Of a stretch of DNA of 64,000 nt, positions 24,157 through 34,911 are shown piece by piece. The DNA lies in NCBI GenBank assembly GCA_973895155.1, contig OZ316894.1, positions 26,769,240 to 26,833,239 of the forward strand. Reading direction: 5' to 3'. A program made the translations under genes and the position numbers. Origin of the DNA: Marsupella aquatica. Its lineage: Eukaryota; Plantae; Marchantiophyta. Below the pieces are notes generated by a model that saw nothing but the letters and a program-made list of their open reading frames with translations, was not told the origin of the DNA and did not search any database. The first letter of the stretch is position 1, and the number at the start of each line of letters is the position of its first letter.

Positions 24157-25376
24157 GGGAGCCGACCCTTTGTAGTGCACCAGTCCATCAGTCCGCGCGC
24201 CAGCTTCGACCCCAGCTCTCTCGTTCGCTCTTACTCGCCACTACTATCTCCTCTGAATGTCGCACACGGTCCTCTCCAGTTCGGCCAGTCGATTCTGGAC
24301 GCAGTTCCTATCTACCGGAAGACACTTGGCCGACTCGTTGAAACACGCCAACCCGCACCGATACAAAATCGAACGCGAGTACGAGAGAGCCATCCGCCTA
24401 GCAGGACGACACCGCTATATCCTTAACTTTGACTACCCATCTCAGAGCGAGCTCTACCGACCAGCAGAGGTATCTGGGTACTTCTTCAACGAAGACAAAT
24501 ATATCGGTTTTGGGGAAGCATTGCTTCGGCTCTCGGACAAGGTCTTCAATATCCCGGGTACGATCGACTTGCAACGACATCACTTCGACCACATCCCTAC
24601 TCAGGTTCAGGCTATCATCAACAACGAGTCCAGCGCTACCCGTCCGACAAGGACATCTGCACTTGCTTTGGAGAACCTCTACCAGCACCTGCAAAGCTTC
24701 ATGGGAACTAGACCCTCAACCGCCGGCGCCGGCCCAGTCGGCCCCATACCCGTACCCGCACCAATTCAGCTTCAGCCTCAACTTTAGCCTCAACTTCAGC
24801 CTCAACCTCAACCTAGCCAAACCCAACCGCCGATTGCCCCGCCAGTACAAGTACGCTCTGTCATCGACGCAGTGGATCTTAGCGACGACAACGAGGCTAC
24901 CCCACCCTTGCTCAGGCGGCCCAGAAGAGCAAACACTCAAGGGGCCGATACTACATCGTCCCCTCCCCATGCTCGGACCCAAGGAGCGGCTCCAGCAGAC
25001 AACACGGTGACCGTGGCCGCTCCCGGCCCATTACTAAAGGTGGTAGCACTACCTATGCCCGATAGAGAGGATGGGGAGGTGTCACCTTCCCCGAGCCAGT
25101 CACGGGGGAAGAAGAGGAAGGAACCCACCATTGTATCCGGGTTACCATTGGCCACGGTAGCCGTGGCCAAGGTGACAATGCACCGCATGGGGGAAAACGT
25201 GCATAAAAACATCCTCCATCCCAAGCATGCGGTGTACCTGAAGACTCAGGGATTCGAGCACCTCGCCTCTCTCCCCTGGAACACTTGCAGGTACTACGGG
25301 GAGGACATGACGGAATTCGTCAGGAATTATGATGACGCACGTCAACAAACTTGGCTGCGGGGAAGGAATATGTCCC

Positions 25377-28300
25377 TGTGGTGCGTCCCATGGCTCCCTA
25401 AACCCAAGAAACCCCCCAGCTCAAGCCGATTCCCGCAGGTTTCGTGCTCGGCGAGGCCGTTTCCGCGGCTTAGCGGCATGGGACGCTGCTAACCTTCTAC
25501 TACTACTATTAACATTTTACACACATATACTGGACAGATCCTTCATCGGGTCATGAGATACGTAGCCGGCCTAATATAGGCCTTCCCCTGTCTTCCCCTG
25601 TCTTCCCCTCCGTCTTGTTAGGTATGTTTGGATTCCGCCGCCGGAATGATCCCCAATAGGCTTGGTTAAGCCGCTAAGACCTCTCTCAGCTCGACACATC
25701 CAACTCTCACTCCCCTGCTTACTTTCCTTCCTTCTGTTGATGTGGGCACTCTTCACACAAGTTAATGCGACACACAAATAGCAAAATGACTCATTCTGAC
25801 TGAGTCATACCATGCACTTGCCATACAAACAGTACATCTCATACACAAGTTCTGCGAACTAAGCCGTGAGGCCAACTCTATTCAGCTCTTAGGCATGAGG
25901 AAACATGAATATACACAAGGGTCACTGTATGACTAACCGAGAGCTTCTCATACTACTTGATCCCAGCCCGGCTGGTGCAAACTAAAAACTTGCTAAAGAA
26001 GAGGCCCTGAGCTCCCCGCTGCCCAGGTACTTATCCTGGTAGTGGATCCGCCATTCTTTGCATCATAAGCCTAATCTACTTAACAGTAATCTACTTGCCC
26101 GAATCTACCTATGTACAGCAAGGCAGGAGCACAAGTGTTGCTCCTACCAGTGGGACCGCAATCCCACTAAGCTAAGTGTCAGGGCCGCTCCTGGTTCTGA
26201 TCCTAATCCTAAACGTGGAGATCCATGCCCGCCCTGCCCACTCACGCCTCCTCCCTCCACGTCCGCCCTCCCTAAAAGGAACGGCGCCCTTGCACCGTCA
26301 CGACACCGGTGGTGGATCCTCAATGGACGCCCCCAACACTTCCTCCTCAGCCACTGCCGTTGGCCCGCCTACTGACAGATTACCTGCCCTTGACCGAGTC
26401 AACTCTCCATCGGCCTGACTGGGTCCACCTTCGGCTTCAGCCTCGACACCGGCCTCGGCAATACCCACGGCTTCGGCCTCAGCCACTCCCACGGCTTCGG
26501 CTTCAGCCACTCCCACGGCTTCGGCTTCAGCCACTCCCACGGCTTCGGCTTCCCCTTCCCCTAGGGTAGTTGGATCCTTAGCCGTGACCCTGTCTGGGGT
26601 CGGTGCTGGGTCTACCTCCTTGATCACCACGGCCTGTGAAGTCGTATTACTCCTTGACCCTGAAGGTTTCCGCTTCTTCTTCGTTGGTGGCTCGGCAGCT
26701 GGTCCCTTCCCCTTCCCACTTACTTCCGGCACTGGTGCAGGTGGCGCGGCTTGTCCTTCGGCAATTACCACCCCTGGTAACTGGTTTGTCCCAACAGGAG
26801 ATGGACCTGCTGCAGCTAAGCATTTAAATACTGCGGCTTGTTTCTTCAGCCGCTCTGTTTGGTTGTCGGCCCGCCGCTGTAGGTTCTCCATCTTCCTCGT
26901 GATTTCCTCCAACTCCTCTTGGGTTTCATCCAGGTCCTTACGTGCCCCCTCCAGCTCGTTTTTGGCCTCCTCCTGCTCCCTGTGGGCTTCCTCCAATTCC
27001 TTCTTCAAGGTAGCCTTCTCCTCCTGGGTTGCTCTTAGCTCCTTGTCGAGCTCTGCAATGATGACAGACTCCATCTGGTTCATCTTGGCGTAAGTCTGTT
27101 CGAGCATCTCGTCCTTCTCCCTTAGGTCGGCCTTGAAGCTGGCCGTCAGGGACGCAAGCTCCTGCTGCAGCGCCATAATCCCTTGATAGGATTTCCCTAA
27201 CTCGACCTCCTTCTGCTCAAGGGCTCCGCGGATTTTCTCGAGCTCCCCTTTCAACGCCCATTCCTTTCTTTGGGTCTCCGCCATGGCCCGGCTGTTGGCT
27301 GTTATGTGGGCCTCCTCTGTATTCTTCAGCTCTTGCTTCCACTTTTCCCTTTCTTTGATCGTGTCGGCCAACTCTTCCTGCGTCTGAGTCAGTTTATCCT
27401 TGATATTCTGATTATCAGCCTGCGCGGCGTCCAACTGCCCCTGCATGATGTTCAGCTCATGTCGTTTAATCCGCAGTTCATCTTGGGCTTTCTTGGCCGC
27501 CCTTAGATCTTCAATCTCGGCTTCCATCCTCCTAAGCCGCCGAATGACCTCGTCCTTCTTGCTTCTCTCTAAAGCCACCGCTTCTTCTAATTGGTGCTTC
27601 TCCAACTGCTCCCTATGGAAAAAGGGTCCTACCTCCAACTCCTCTCCAAAGATGCCGAGCGCAAGTTCCCCACACATCTCACCATACTCCATGGCTCTAT
27701 TCTTAGCGTAGGTGGAGTAAGTAGAAGTGATCGGCATTGCCCATCGTGGCCTCTGCTCCCAAGCCGTCCTGCGGATCTCTTCAATCGTGGCTAGAGGTTT
27801 GCTTCCTTTTTCGGCTAGCCGCCTGATGTCCTCCGGCCAATCTCCTCCTGGTAAATCCTTTTCCTTAGCCAGGGCGGCCTCTTCCTCCTCCTTGATTCGC
27901 TCCTGAAATTCCTGCACCGTCTGTTTTATGCCGTCGAAGCTCGGGGGAGCAACATCTGGTGGGGGAGACTCAGGGCTACTCTGCTGGTTGGGGTCCCCTC
28001 GCACTACCCTTGGAAGTGTGGGGACAAACCGGCCACAGGTCCTTACTCCTGGAACGTGATGGTCCGACCCATAGCCGGAATTATCATGGCTGCAGTCCTC
28101 CACTGCCTCCTCTACCTCTTGGACATCCGGCTTCTCCCTCTCCTCTTCGTTGGTAGGAGCTTCAGGCAATTCTGCCTCAGATTCGGAGCTTGAGGTTCCC
28201 ACGTACATTCGAACACCTGGCTTGGATTCCGGCCTGATTCTCTCCTTGTCTCCAGCAAAGGGGTTTTCTCTTGTGAGCCGGTGTAGGCCTACCTCTGTAG

Positions 28301-30058
28301 TAGTGTCCTGCATTGTTGCCGTTGCCGTTGTTTTTGCCGATGCCGATCTCTTTTCTTTCTCCAGTAGTTTCAGCAGACTCTGCATGCCTGGTTGCTGCAT
28401 CGGCAAGTCTTCCTTCCTGGGCCTAAACACCTGCTCGATCGTAGGACTAACAGGTGGTTGAGGCTTCTCAGCCAACGGCCTCGGCGTTGGAGCTTCCTCG
28501 GGTGCCCTTACCTGCAGGGGAAGTACCGGGGCAAAAGTCTGACCTCTGGCATACCGGCACAACAGCGGCATGTGATAGCCAAGCCGCGACACGCTCCCCA
28601 TGCTGATTACCTGCTGCTCCTCCTTTAAGATCTTCTTCAATTGGTTGAGGAGGTACCCGTTGTAGTCCCGGCTTGGGTCTGGCCTTTCTGCCAGATAGAC
28701 CTGTGCCTTGCCGATCTCTGCCCTCGGCAAGTTACAATGCATGGTCACCCGCAAGAAGTCGATCATCTCTCCTATGTGCGGGTTGGTGCAGGTGTTCCGG
28801 AAGAAGCCATTCTTCGTTGATGGCCCGGGGAACGACCGGAACTCCTTGTCAGGCAAGGTCTTCCTGGTATCAACTTTGGTCTTATTGCCCATCGGCAAGC
28901 CAAACACTTCGGCAATCACCTTGGGAGTAAGATAGAAATCCTTCCCATATATCCTCGTGCAATTGGTCTCGGGTTCCCATGACCCCACGAATTCTAATAG
29001 GTCTGACTCCGGTACCTCCGGCTTCAGCCATGGTAATCTTACAAAGGCCTCCAAGCCGGATCCGGCCATGAAGCCTTGGTACTTCTTGGTCTGCATGGCC
29101 GTAAAGCATGCATCCTCCTCCCGTGCAAAATGTAGTTGCACCTCCACCGGTAGGGTTGCCGCCCAGCCCTTCCAGGTGTCATCCCTGGTTGGAATGGCCT
29201 TGATGGGATCGACCTCCTCCTCTTCGGCTTCTCCCTGCCTCCTGCTCTGCTGCTCGGCTGGCTTCTTTGGTGCCGCCGACCTCGTTCTTTTTGCCGGGGT
29301 GGCTTCATCATTGACGGCTCCCTTCCTCTATCTCTGCTGCCGTGGAGGTTTCTCCTAGCACCGTTGCCCGGGTCCACCTTTCCGTGCTACCCTTTAATTC
29401 CCAGTGTATGTCGTTGCAGTTCTTGATGGCCTCTCGGATGCCGACGACGCTGTCTTTGCAAAACAGAAGATCGTCGAGTTGATTGGAAGTAGGCGTCCAC
29501 AGGAACTCGTCCTTGATGAGTTTGCCTCCTAAGAAAGCCGTCTTCTGCAGCTCCCACAATCGAGCGAGCTCCTGCCGTTCTCGAGCTGCCCTTTCTGACT
29601 CCTCGTCCTCGTAAGTCTTGATGTACTCAGTTGCCCGTTCGAACAGGCATCCCCAGAAATGTGCCGCTTGATTGACGTTGCTCATACCCTCCTTAGGTTG
29701 ATCGTCGGTATCTACTCTCTCCCCGAGTGCTTGCCTAAGCAGCTGACAGTAGTTGGCCTCCCGTAGTCGTCTGCCTAGTTCGTGCTCGCAAATGAGCCAC
29801 CATCTCCTGCAAGCGCTCCTTACCCCTCTCCTCTGCCGGTCCTTCTTCCCGTTGATCCTTCCTAGCCGCCGACGCTTAACGCGCCCTAACCCTAATCGGT
29901 TTTTCACCCTCAGCCTTACCTCCGGCCTCTGCCCGGGTTCCATGGTTGCCCCTAATTGTTTATATTTTCCTTGTTTTGTCACTATACTAAGGTGTTCCTA
30001 GGGTGCCTTCCTGCTTTACCCACTTAACCGGCCGAGTGATTCCTGTCTAGGCATCACA
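25377..30058 (-). repeat. 3' LTR of the family-A element (4682 bp)
   Basis: Near-identical to 36280-40937, and 24 bp longer because of one extra AEAEAVGV unit. Confidence 0.96.
26298..29943 (-). pseudogene. LTR-encoded PMD-like/coiled-coil protein, 3' LTR copy, with a single 2-bp frameshift near 29330
   Basis: ORFs 29308-29982 and 26298-29147 join into the frame that is continuous in the solo LTR (GAG ATG AAG AGG there, GAG ATA GAG here). Confidence 0.88.
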
Positions 30059-33000
30059 TAGCTCCCCACTTAATTGTGAAGCGTCCTCGCGAACAACTTC
30101 ATCTTCGTCCATATAGTATTTCTTGAGGCGGTCATAATGGATGCGAACTGGATATACCTCTCCCGTAATGTTGGCCAATTGTACGGAGCCATTGGGGAAC
30201 ATCATGGTTACTCTAAAGGGTCCTAACCAGCGAGTGTAAAGCTTCCCTGGAAACCTACTATACCTACTGTCATAAAGTAACACAAGATCACCGGTATGAA
30301 TACTAACTACTTTTAACCTTTTATCATACTGCTGCTTCATGATATTCTGTCTATATTCTACTCTCTCGGCTGAAATCATTCTCGCTTCCTCTAAAGCTTC
30401 TAACCTATATTCTCGCTCCTTTAGGCTCTCCTCCGCTGAGGCTCTTTCCTCAATTGTAACTTGAAATGTCGGTATCTCAAGTTGCATGGGTACCAGGGCT
30501 TCTTGTCCAAAGGTTAAGAAGAAGGGTGTATGACCGGTAGTGGATTTATAGGCCAGATTGTAAGCAAAAACAGCAGCAAACAATTTATCATCCCAATCGA
30601 GTTTGTTCTGAGCTACTGTCTTGTTCAATATCTTTCCTATGATTCCGTTTGCTCGTTCTGTCAACCCGTTTGCCTTTGGATGGTAGGGAGTAGTAGGCCT
30701 ATGTTTAACTAAATATTGCTCATTTAAACGACTAATTATATCATTCAAAAATTGGGTTCCTCTATCACTAACTAATTCTAGGGGTGCTCCATACCTGGTG
30801 AAGATCTGCTCATACATGAATCTAGCCGTAGTAATTGCATCATCCTTCATTGTTGGTCTGGCCTCTACCCATTTAGTTGCATAATCCGTAGCCAGGATTA
30901 TGTACTTGTTCCGTCGAGGGTGGGTCAGTGGTTTCAGAGGTCCAACGTAATCAATACCCCACTTCTCGAATGGTGCCAGAGGTAGAATAGGGTGCAGTGG
31001 ATGCCTGGTGGACGCCCTTGGTCCTCCCGCTCGTTGACAAGGATCGCATTGTTTGATAAACTGATAGACATCCTTGTGCAAGGTGGGCCACCAGTAACCG
31101 GCATTTAATATTTTCTTAGACGTGGTTACTGGGGCAAAATGTCCTCCGGCCTCCTCTCCATGCATGGCCCGTAGGACTCGTTTTACCTCTCTCTTTTCCA
31201 AACACCTTTGAATCGTGCCGTTGATTCCATGCTTGTGCAGTATGCCTTTAATGCACTGATACTGTCTGACCTTCCGCACAAAGACTGCGGCTTGCTCTCG
31301 GCTTAATCCTGGCTGTAATCTGGAAGTGCTGAGAAATTGTAAAATCTCAGGGTACCATGTACCAGCTATTTCCACAACGAATAGCTCCTCGTCGGGGAAT
31401 CGATCATCGATGCAATCCGTGGCAGGTTTACCTGTGATCCTTGAAAAGAAGTCGGCATTGGCATGTAACTTTCCCGGCTTGATCCTCAGCTCATAGTCAA
31501 ACTCCTGTAATAGCAAAATCCATCTTGCTACTCTGCCTGTAAGGTCCGGCTTATTGACTAGGTACTTCAAACTTTCATGATCAGTATGAAAGATTACCTT
31601 GTACCCTAGTAAATAATGCCTAAACTTTTTACAAGAATAAATGACTCCTAATGCTTCTCTTTCCGTGGTAGAGTAGTTCCGTTCGGCATCGGCAAGCTGA
31701 CGGCTTGCGAAGTATATGGGATGGTCCCTTCCTTTCTCATCCAACTGACTTAGTACTGAGCCAATACAGAAGCCCGAGACATCTACAAAAACATGAAAAT
31801 CTTTGTTCCAGTCCGGTGCTATCATGACTGGGGCCTCTACTAACATCTGCTTCAATTCTACCACCGCTGTGACTCGTTCGGGTGTGGGTTCGAAGTCTGC
31901 TCCTGCCTTGAGCATATTGGTTAATGGTAAAGCCAGCTTGGAAAAATCCTTGATGAACCGGCGATAGTAACCAATGCATCCCAAGAAGGATCTTACATCC
32001 TTTATGTTCTTAGGTTGCATGATATCTAGCCATACTGCTAGCTTACCTTTGTCAATCTCAATGCCCTTCCTTGATACCTTGTGACCTAGTAGCACCCCCT
32101 CGGTTACTGCAAAAAAACATTTATCTGGGTGTAACTTGAGACCCACCTCCCTACATCTCATGAAGGTTTTCCTGAGGTATTTAGCATGTTTCGATGCCTT
32201 CCCGAATACTGCAAAGTCATCAATGAAGATTTCCATGAACTTTCTCAAGTAATCATGAAAAATGTTCACCATTAATCGTTGGAACATAGCTGGTGCGTTG
32301 CAGAGTCCAAACGGCATACGATTGAAGACATAGATCCCCCATTCCGTGATGAAGGCCGTCTTGATTTGGTCTTCCTGCCGAATCCTGATTTGGTTATAAC
32401 CAGAGTATCCATCCATGAATGAATATAGTTCATGACTGGCTACCATGTCTAGTACCATATCAGTAAACGGTAAAGGAAAATGGTCTTTTAATGTTGCTTC
32501 ATTCAGCTTCCTGTAATCCTGACAAACCCGGATCTTGGGTTTACCATCGGGTCCAGCTTTTTTGGGAACTATCACAATTGGAGACACCCAGTCTGAATGC
32601 AGGATTGGAGTGATGAATCCAGCTTCCACTAGTTTGTCGATTTCTGTTTTGACCAGCAGGGAATACTTCGGGTTCATCCTTCGAATTGGTTGTCGAAATG
32701 ATTTGGCTCCTAACATGAGATCAATTCGATGTTCCCCTAGTGTTGGATCTACGCCCTTTAGATCTTGGTGACTCCATGCAAACACATCCTGAAATTCAAT
32801 CAATAAGTCACTGATCTCTTTCTCGAGCTCAGGTGCTAGGTTTCTCCCTAAGTTCAGTTCTCTTCCCTCTCCTAAGTCGAGCTTCCGATATTGCCGTGCT
32901 TGGATCATATTAATCTGCTTCTTCAAATTCGGGTCCAGTTCGGCTTCCAGTCTCTCTAATCTCATACCTCCATAAACTGGGATCTCGGCTGGACTAGCCG

Positions 33001-33313
33001 AGTCGGTCCCTTCCTTGGTGTCCATAGATTGTCCCCTTACCGGTCTATTCAGTCTTGAATTAGTGGCCGGCTCCCCTTCCTGCCTTGGCTCTGGATCGTG
33101 TCTGTCCATCTCATCCACCTCTTGCTCCTGCAAGTTAGGCCGCTGTGCTCTCTCGGCTTCTAATAGGGCCTCAATTTGTTCTGCCCTCGTAATCGGCTTG
33201 TATGCCGATCCCTTGGTATTTAATTCCTTGCCGATGATCGATGGCGTTGTGGACCCCGTCGGCTCTGCCACAATGCCTGCAGAAAATCCACTGTCCCTGC
33301 TACTGCTCCCCAC
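30047..33313 (-). CDS. pol: Gypsy pol (RT, RNase H, integrase)
   Basis: WVSPIVIVPKK, CQDYRKLN, FMDGYSGYNQI, MPFGLCNAP, FIDDF, NYSTTEREAL, H...H...CDPC, WGIDYVGP, SDRGTQF, WLGPF. The stop codon lies inside the 3' LTR. Confidence 0.96.
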   Translation of the reverse strand: MGSSSRDSGFSAGIVAEPTGSTTPSIIGKELNTKGSAYKPITRAEQIEALLEAERAQRPNLQEQEVDEMDRHDPEPRQEGEPATNSRLNRPVRGQSMDTKEGTDSASPAEIPVYGGMRLERLEAELDPNLKKQINMIQARQYRKLDLGEGRELNLGRNLAPELEKEISDLLIEFQDVFAWSHQDLKGVDPTLGEHRIDLMLGAKSFRQPIRRMNPKYSLLVKTEIDKLVEAGFITPILHSDWVSPIVIVPKKAGPDGKPKIRVCQDYRKLNEATLKDHFPLPFTDMVLDMVASHELYSFMDGYSGYNQIRIRQEDQIKTAFITEWGIYVFNRMPFGLCNAPAMFQRLMVNIFHDYLRKFMEIFIDDFAVFGKASKHAKYLRKTFMRCREVGLKLHPDKCFFAVTEGVLLGHKVSRKGIEIDKGKLAVWLDIMQPKNIKDVRSFLGCIGYYRRFIKDFSKLALPLTNMLKAGADFEPTPERVTAVVELKQMLVEAPVMIAPDWNKDFHVFVDVSGFCIGSVLSQLDEKGRDHPIYFASRQLADAERNYSTTEREALGVIYSCKKFRHYLLGYKVIFHTDHESLKYLVNKPDLTGRVARWILLLQEFDYELRIKPGKLHANADFFSRITGKPATDCIDDRFPDEELFVVEIAGTWYPEILQFLSTSRLQPGLSREQAAVFVRKVRQYQCIKGILHKHGINGTIQRCLEKREVKRVLRAMHGEEAGGHFAPVTTSKKILNAGYWWPTLHKDVYQFIKQCDPCQRAGGPRASTRHPLHPILPLAPFEKWGIDYVGPLKPLTHPRRNKYIILATDYATKWVEARPTMKDDAITTARFMYEQIFTRYGAPLELVSDRGTQFLNDIISRLNEQYLVKHRPTTPYHPKANGLTERANGIIGKILNKTVAQNKLDWDDKLFAAVFAYNLAYKSTTGHTPFFLTFGQEALVPMQLEIPTFQVTIEERASAEESLKEREYRLEALEEARMISAERVEYRQNIMKQQYDKRLKVVSIHTGDLVLLYDSRYSRFPGKLYTRWLGPFRVTMMFPNGSVQLANITGEVYPVRIHYDRLKKYYMDEDEVVREDASQLSGELCDA
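30061..30070 (-). promoter_or_regulatory. Short polypurine tract
   Basis: AGTGGGGAGC, 2 nt before the 3' LTR and within the pol reading frame. Confidence 0.7.
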
Positions 33314-34911
33314 TTAGCCGTTTCATCCAATTGGTCTACATCCTTAACTTCCTCCGGAATTGCAGCTAAAAAGGTGGATTCTATTGTAAAGCAGTCCTCG
33401 ACCTCTTCGTCTTCTTCTTCCAAGTCACCTTCCATTGGTTCTTGCCATAATCCGCTGGGGGGTACCTCTGGTCCAAAGACACCTTCTTTGGTTAGGTTAG
33501 TGAAGCATTCTAACCAACGTACTTCATCGGCTGACTCCAGTCCACTATCGTACCCATCTACTTCCCTTATGCTTTTCCTACGGTCATCCTTAGTGTCCCA
33601 GGATACCGTGATAGAGGGGGTCCCGAAAGTGAACTGCTTTTTACCCCAATCTTCTATTACCTCGGCTAGGTACAGCCATGGCCTACCAATCAATAGCCGG
33701 AATGACGTAGGATTTACCGGCTTCATTACTACATAGTTAATGCTAAAGAAGATACCTCCTATCTCTGTCTTGATGCCGGTTAACACTCCCGTCGGAATGA
33801 CCTGATATCCATTGGCCATGTTCAACACTCTTCCAGTCATCTCCGGTGTTAGACCCCACCCTTTTGCTGTTGAATCAATCATAATACATACCCCTGATCC
33901 TCCATCGATGGGTACCCGTAGTAATAATTCTCCTTGAATCATTAATGGTAATGCTGGGGCTCCTTGATCTTCTTCTATCATTAGTACGTCGGATCTGGTT
34001 GCTACCTTGGGTAATCTCGGCTTGCCGAGAATAGCCTTCCTTAATTGCTTCCGGAAGTACGGGCTATTTTTCAATAGTTGACCTACTGTTGCCGAGACTC
34101 TAGATTCTAGTACATCTTTAGCCAGGTCATAGGGAACAATCGGCTTCTCCTCTGGTGGTGTTTCCTTGGATTCGGCCAGTTTTGCCACGCTAGTCTCCAC
34201 AGCTGTTGGGTCTTCCGAAGCAAACAATGCTTTTGCTCGTTTTACATCTTTGGCAATGGCTTCGGTATTCTCCAGGGTTTCTAATTCTCTTAGTTGTTCC
34301 TTAACACTAGCCGTAACAGAGGGGTAGAACAACTTAGGATGATCTCGATTGAAGTCGCTATCTTGTGAAGGATTGGTTTCACTGGTGGGCTCATGGCTTA
34401 CCTGTATTGCCGGAGCCCTCCCTTCTCCTTCTGTTGATGTTGACGAAGAGTCGATCCTTTCCTCCGTAACCTTCCCTTTATTTTTGGCTAGCCCATCCCA
34501 CCTTTCCTTCCTTCTGGTAGATCGAGTAGAGACCCGGTAGCAATCATGATCTAAATCCTCCTCTGAGAAGGTTGATAGGGCTTCGGCCTCATCATCAGAT
34601 GGTACGAACTCTGCCTCGGCATCCTCTTGCCATCCTAGTTCGATGTGGTTGATTTGAACTCCTCCGGGGGTAGTACCTGGTGGTAAGATCTTGATCGGCA
34701 AAAGCTTATGATTTGCGGCCAGGCCTGCCAACCAAGTAGGACATTGCCCTAGCATATGACCTTCCTGTCGGCATCCCATACATAGCTGAGCTGGTTGTCC
34801 ATCACCCTGTTTGCGTGCATTCGGGCATTCTCTAGCAAAATGGCCAGGTTGACCACAATTATAGCACGCCGCAAATCTTTGCACATTCGGCCTAGGAGGT
34901 ACTGACGGGTT
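33220..34911 (-). CDS. Gag C-terminus (two CCHC knuckles) plus aspartic protease
   Basis: CYNCGQPGHFAREC, CMGCRQEGHMLGQC, VPIDGGSGV and LLIGRPWL. It is in frame with gag across one TAG. Confidence 0.9.
   Translation of the reverse strand, partial: NPSVPPRPNVQRFAACYNCGQPGHFARECPNARKQGDGQPAQLCMGCRQEGHMLGQCPTWLAGLAANHKLLPIKILPPGTTPGGVQINHIELGWQEDAEAEFVPSDDEAEALSTFSEEDLDHDCYRVSTRSTRRKERWDGLAKNKGKVTEERIDSSSTSTEGEGRAPAIQVSHEPTSETNPSQDSDFNRDHPKLFYPSVTASVKEQLRELETLENTEAIAKDVKRAKALFASEDPTAVETSVAKLAESKETPPEEKPIVPYDLAKDVLESRVSATVGQLLKNSPYFRKQLRKAILGKPRLPKVATRSDVLMIEEDQGAPALPLMIQGELLLRVPIDGGSGVCIMIDSTAKGWGLTPEMTGRVLNMANGYQVIPTGVLTGIKTEIGGIFFSINYVVMKPVNPTSFRLLIGRPWLYLAEVIEDWGKKQFTFGTPSITVSWDTKDDRRKSIREVDGYDSGLESADEVRWLECFTNLTKEGVFGPEVPPSGLWQEPMEGDLEEEDEEVEDCFTIESTFLAAIPEEVKDVDQLDETAKWGAVAGTVDFLQALWQSRRGPQRHRSSARN

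Noticed and set aside
25786-25808. ATGACTCA-N7-TGAGTCAT palindrome (bZIP-like sites) in the A LTR
   Set aside because: Short, and both halves are altered in the older copy, so there is too little support for function.
26298-29147. LTR ORF as an envelope gene
   Set aside because: No signal peptide or hydrophobic transmembrane stretch; the protein is highly charged.
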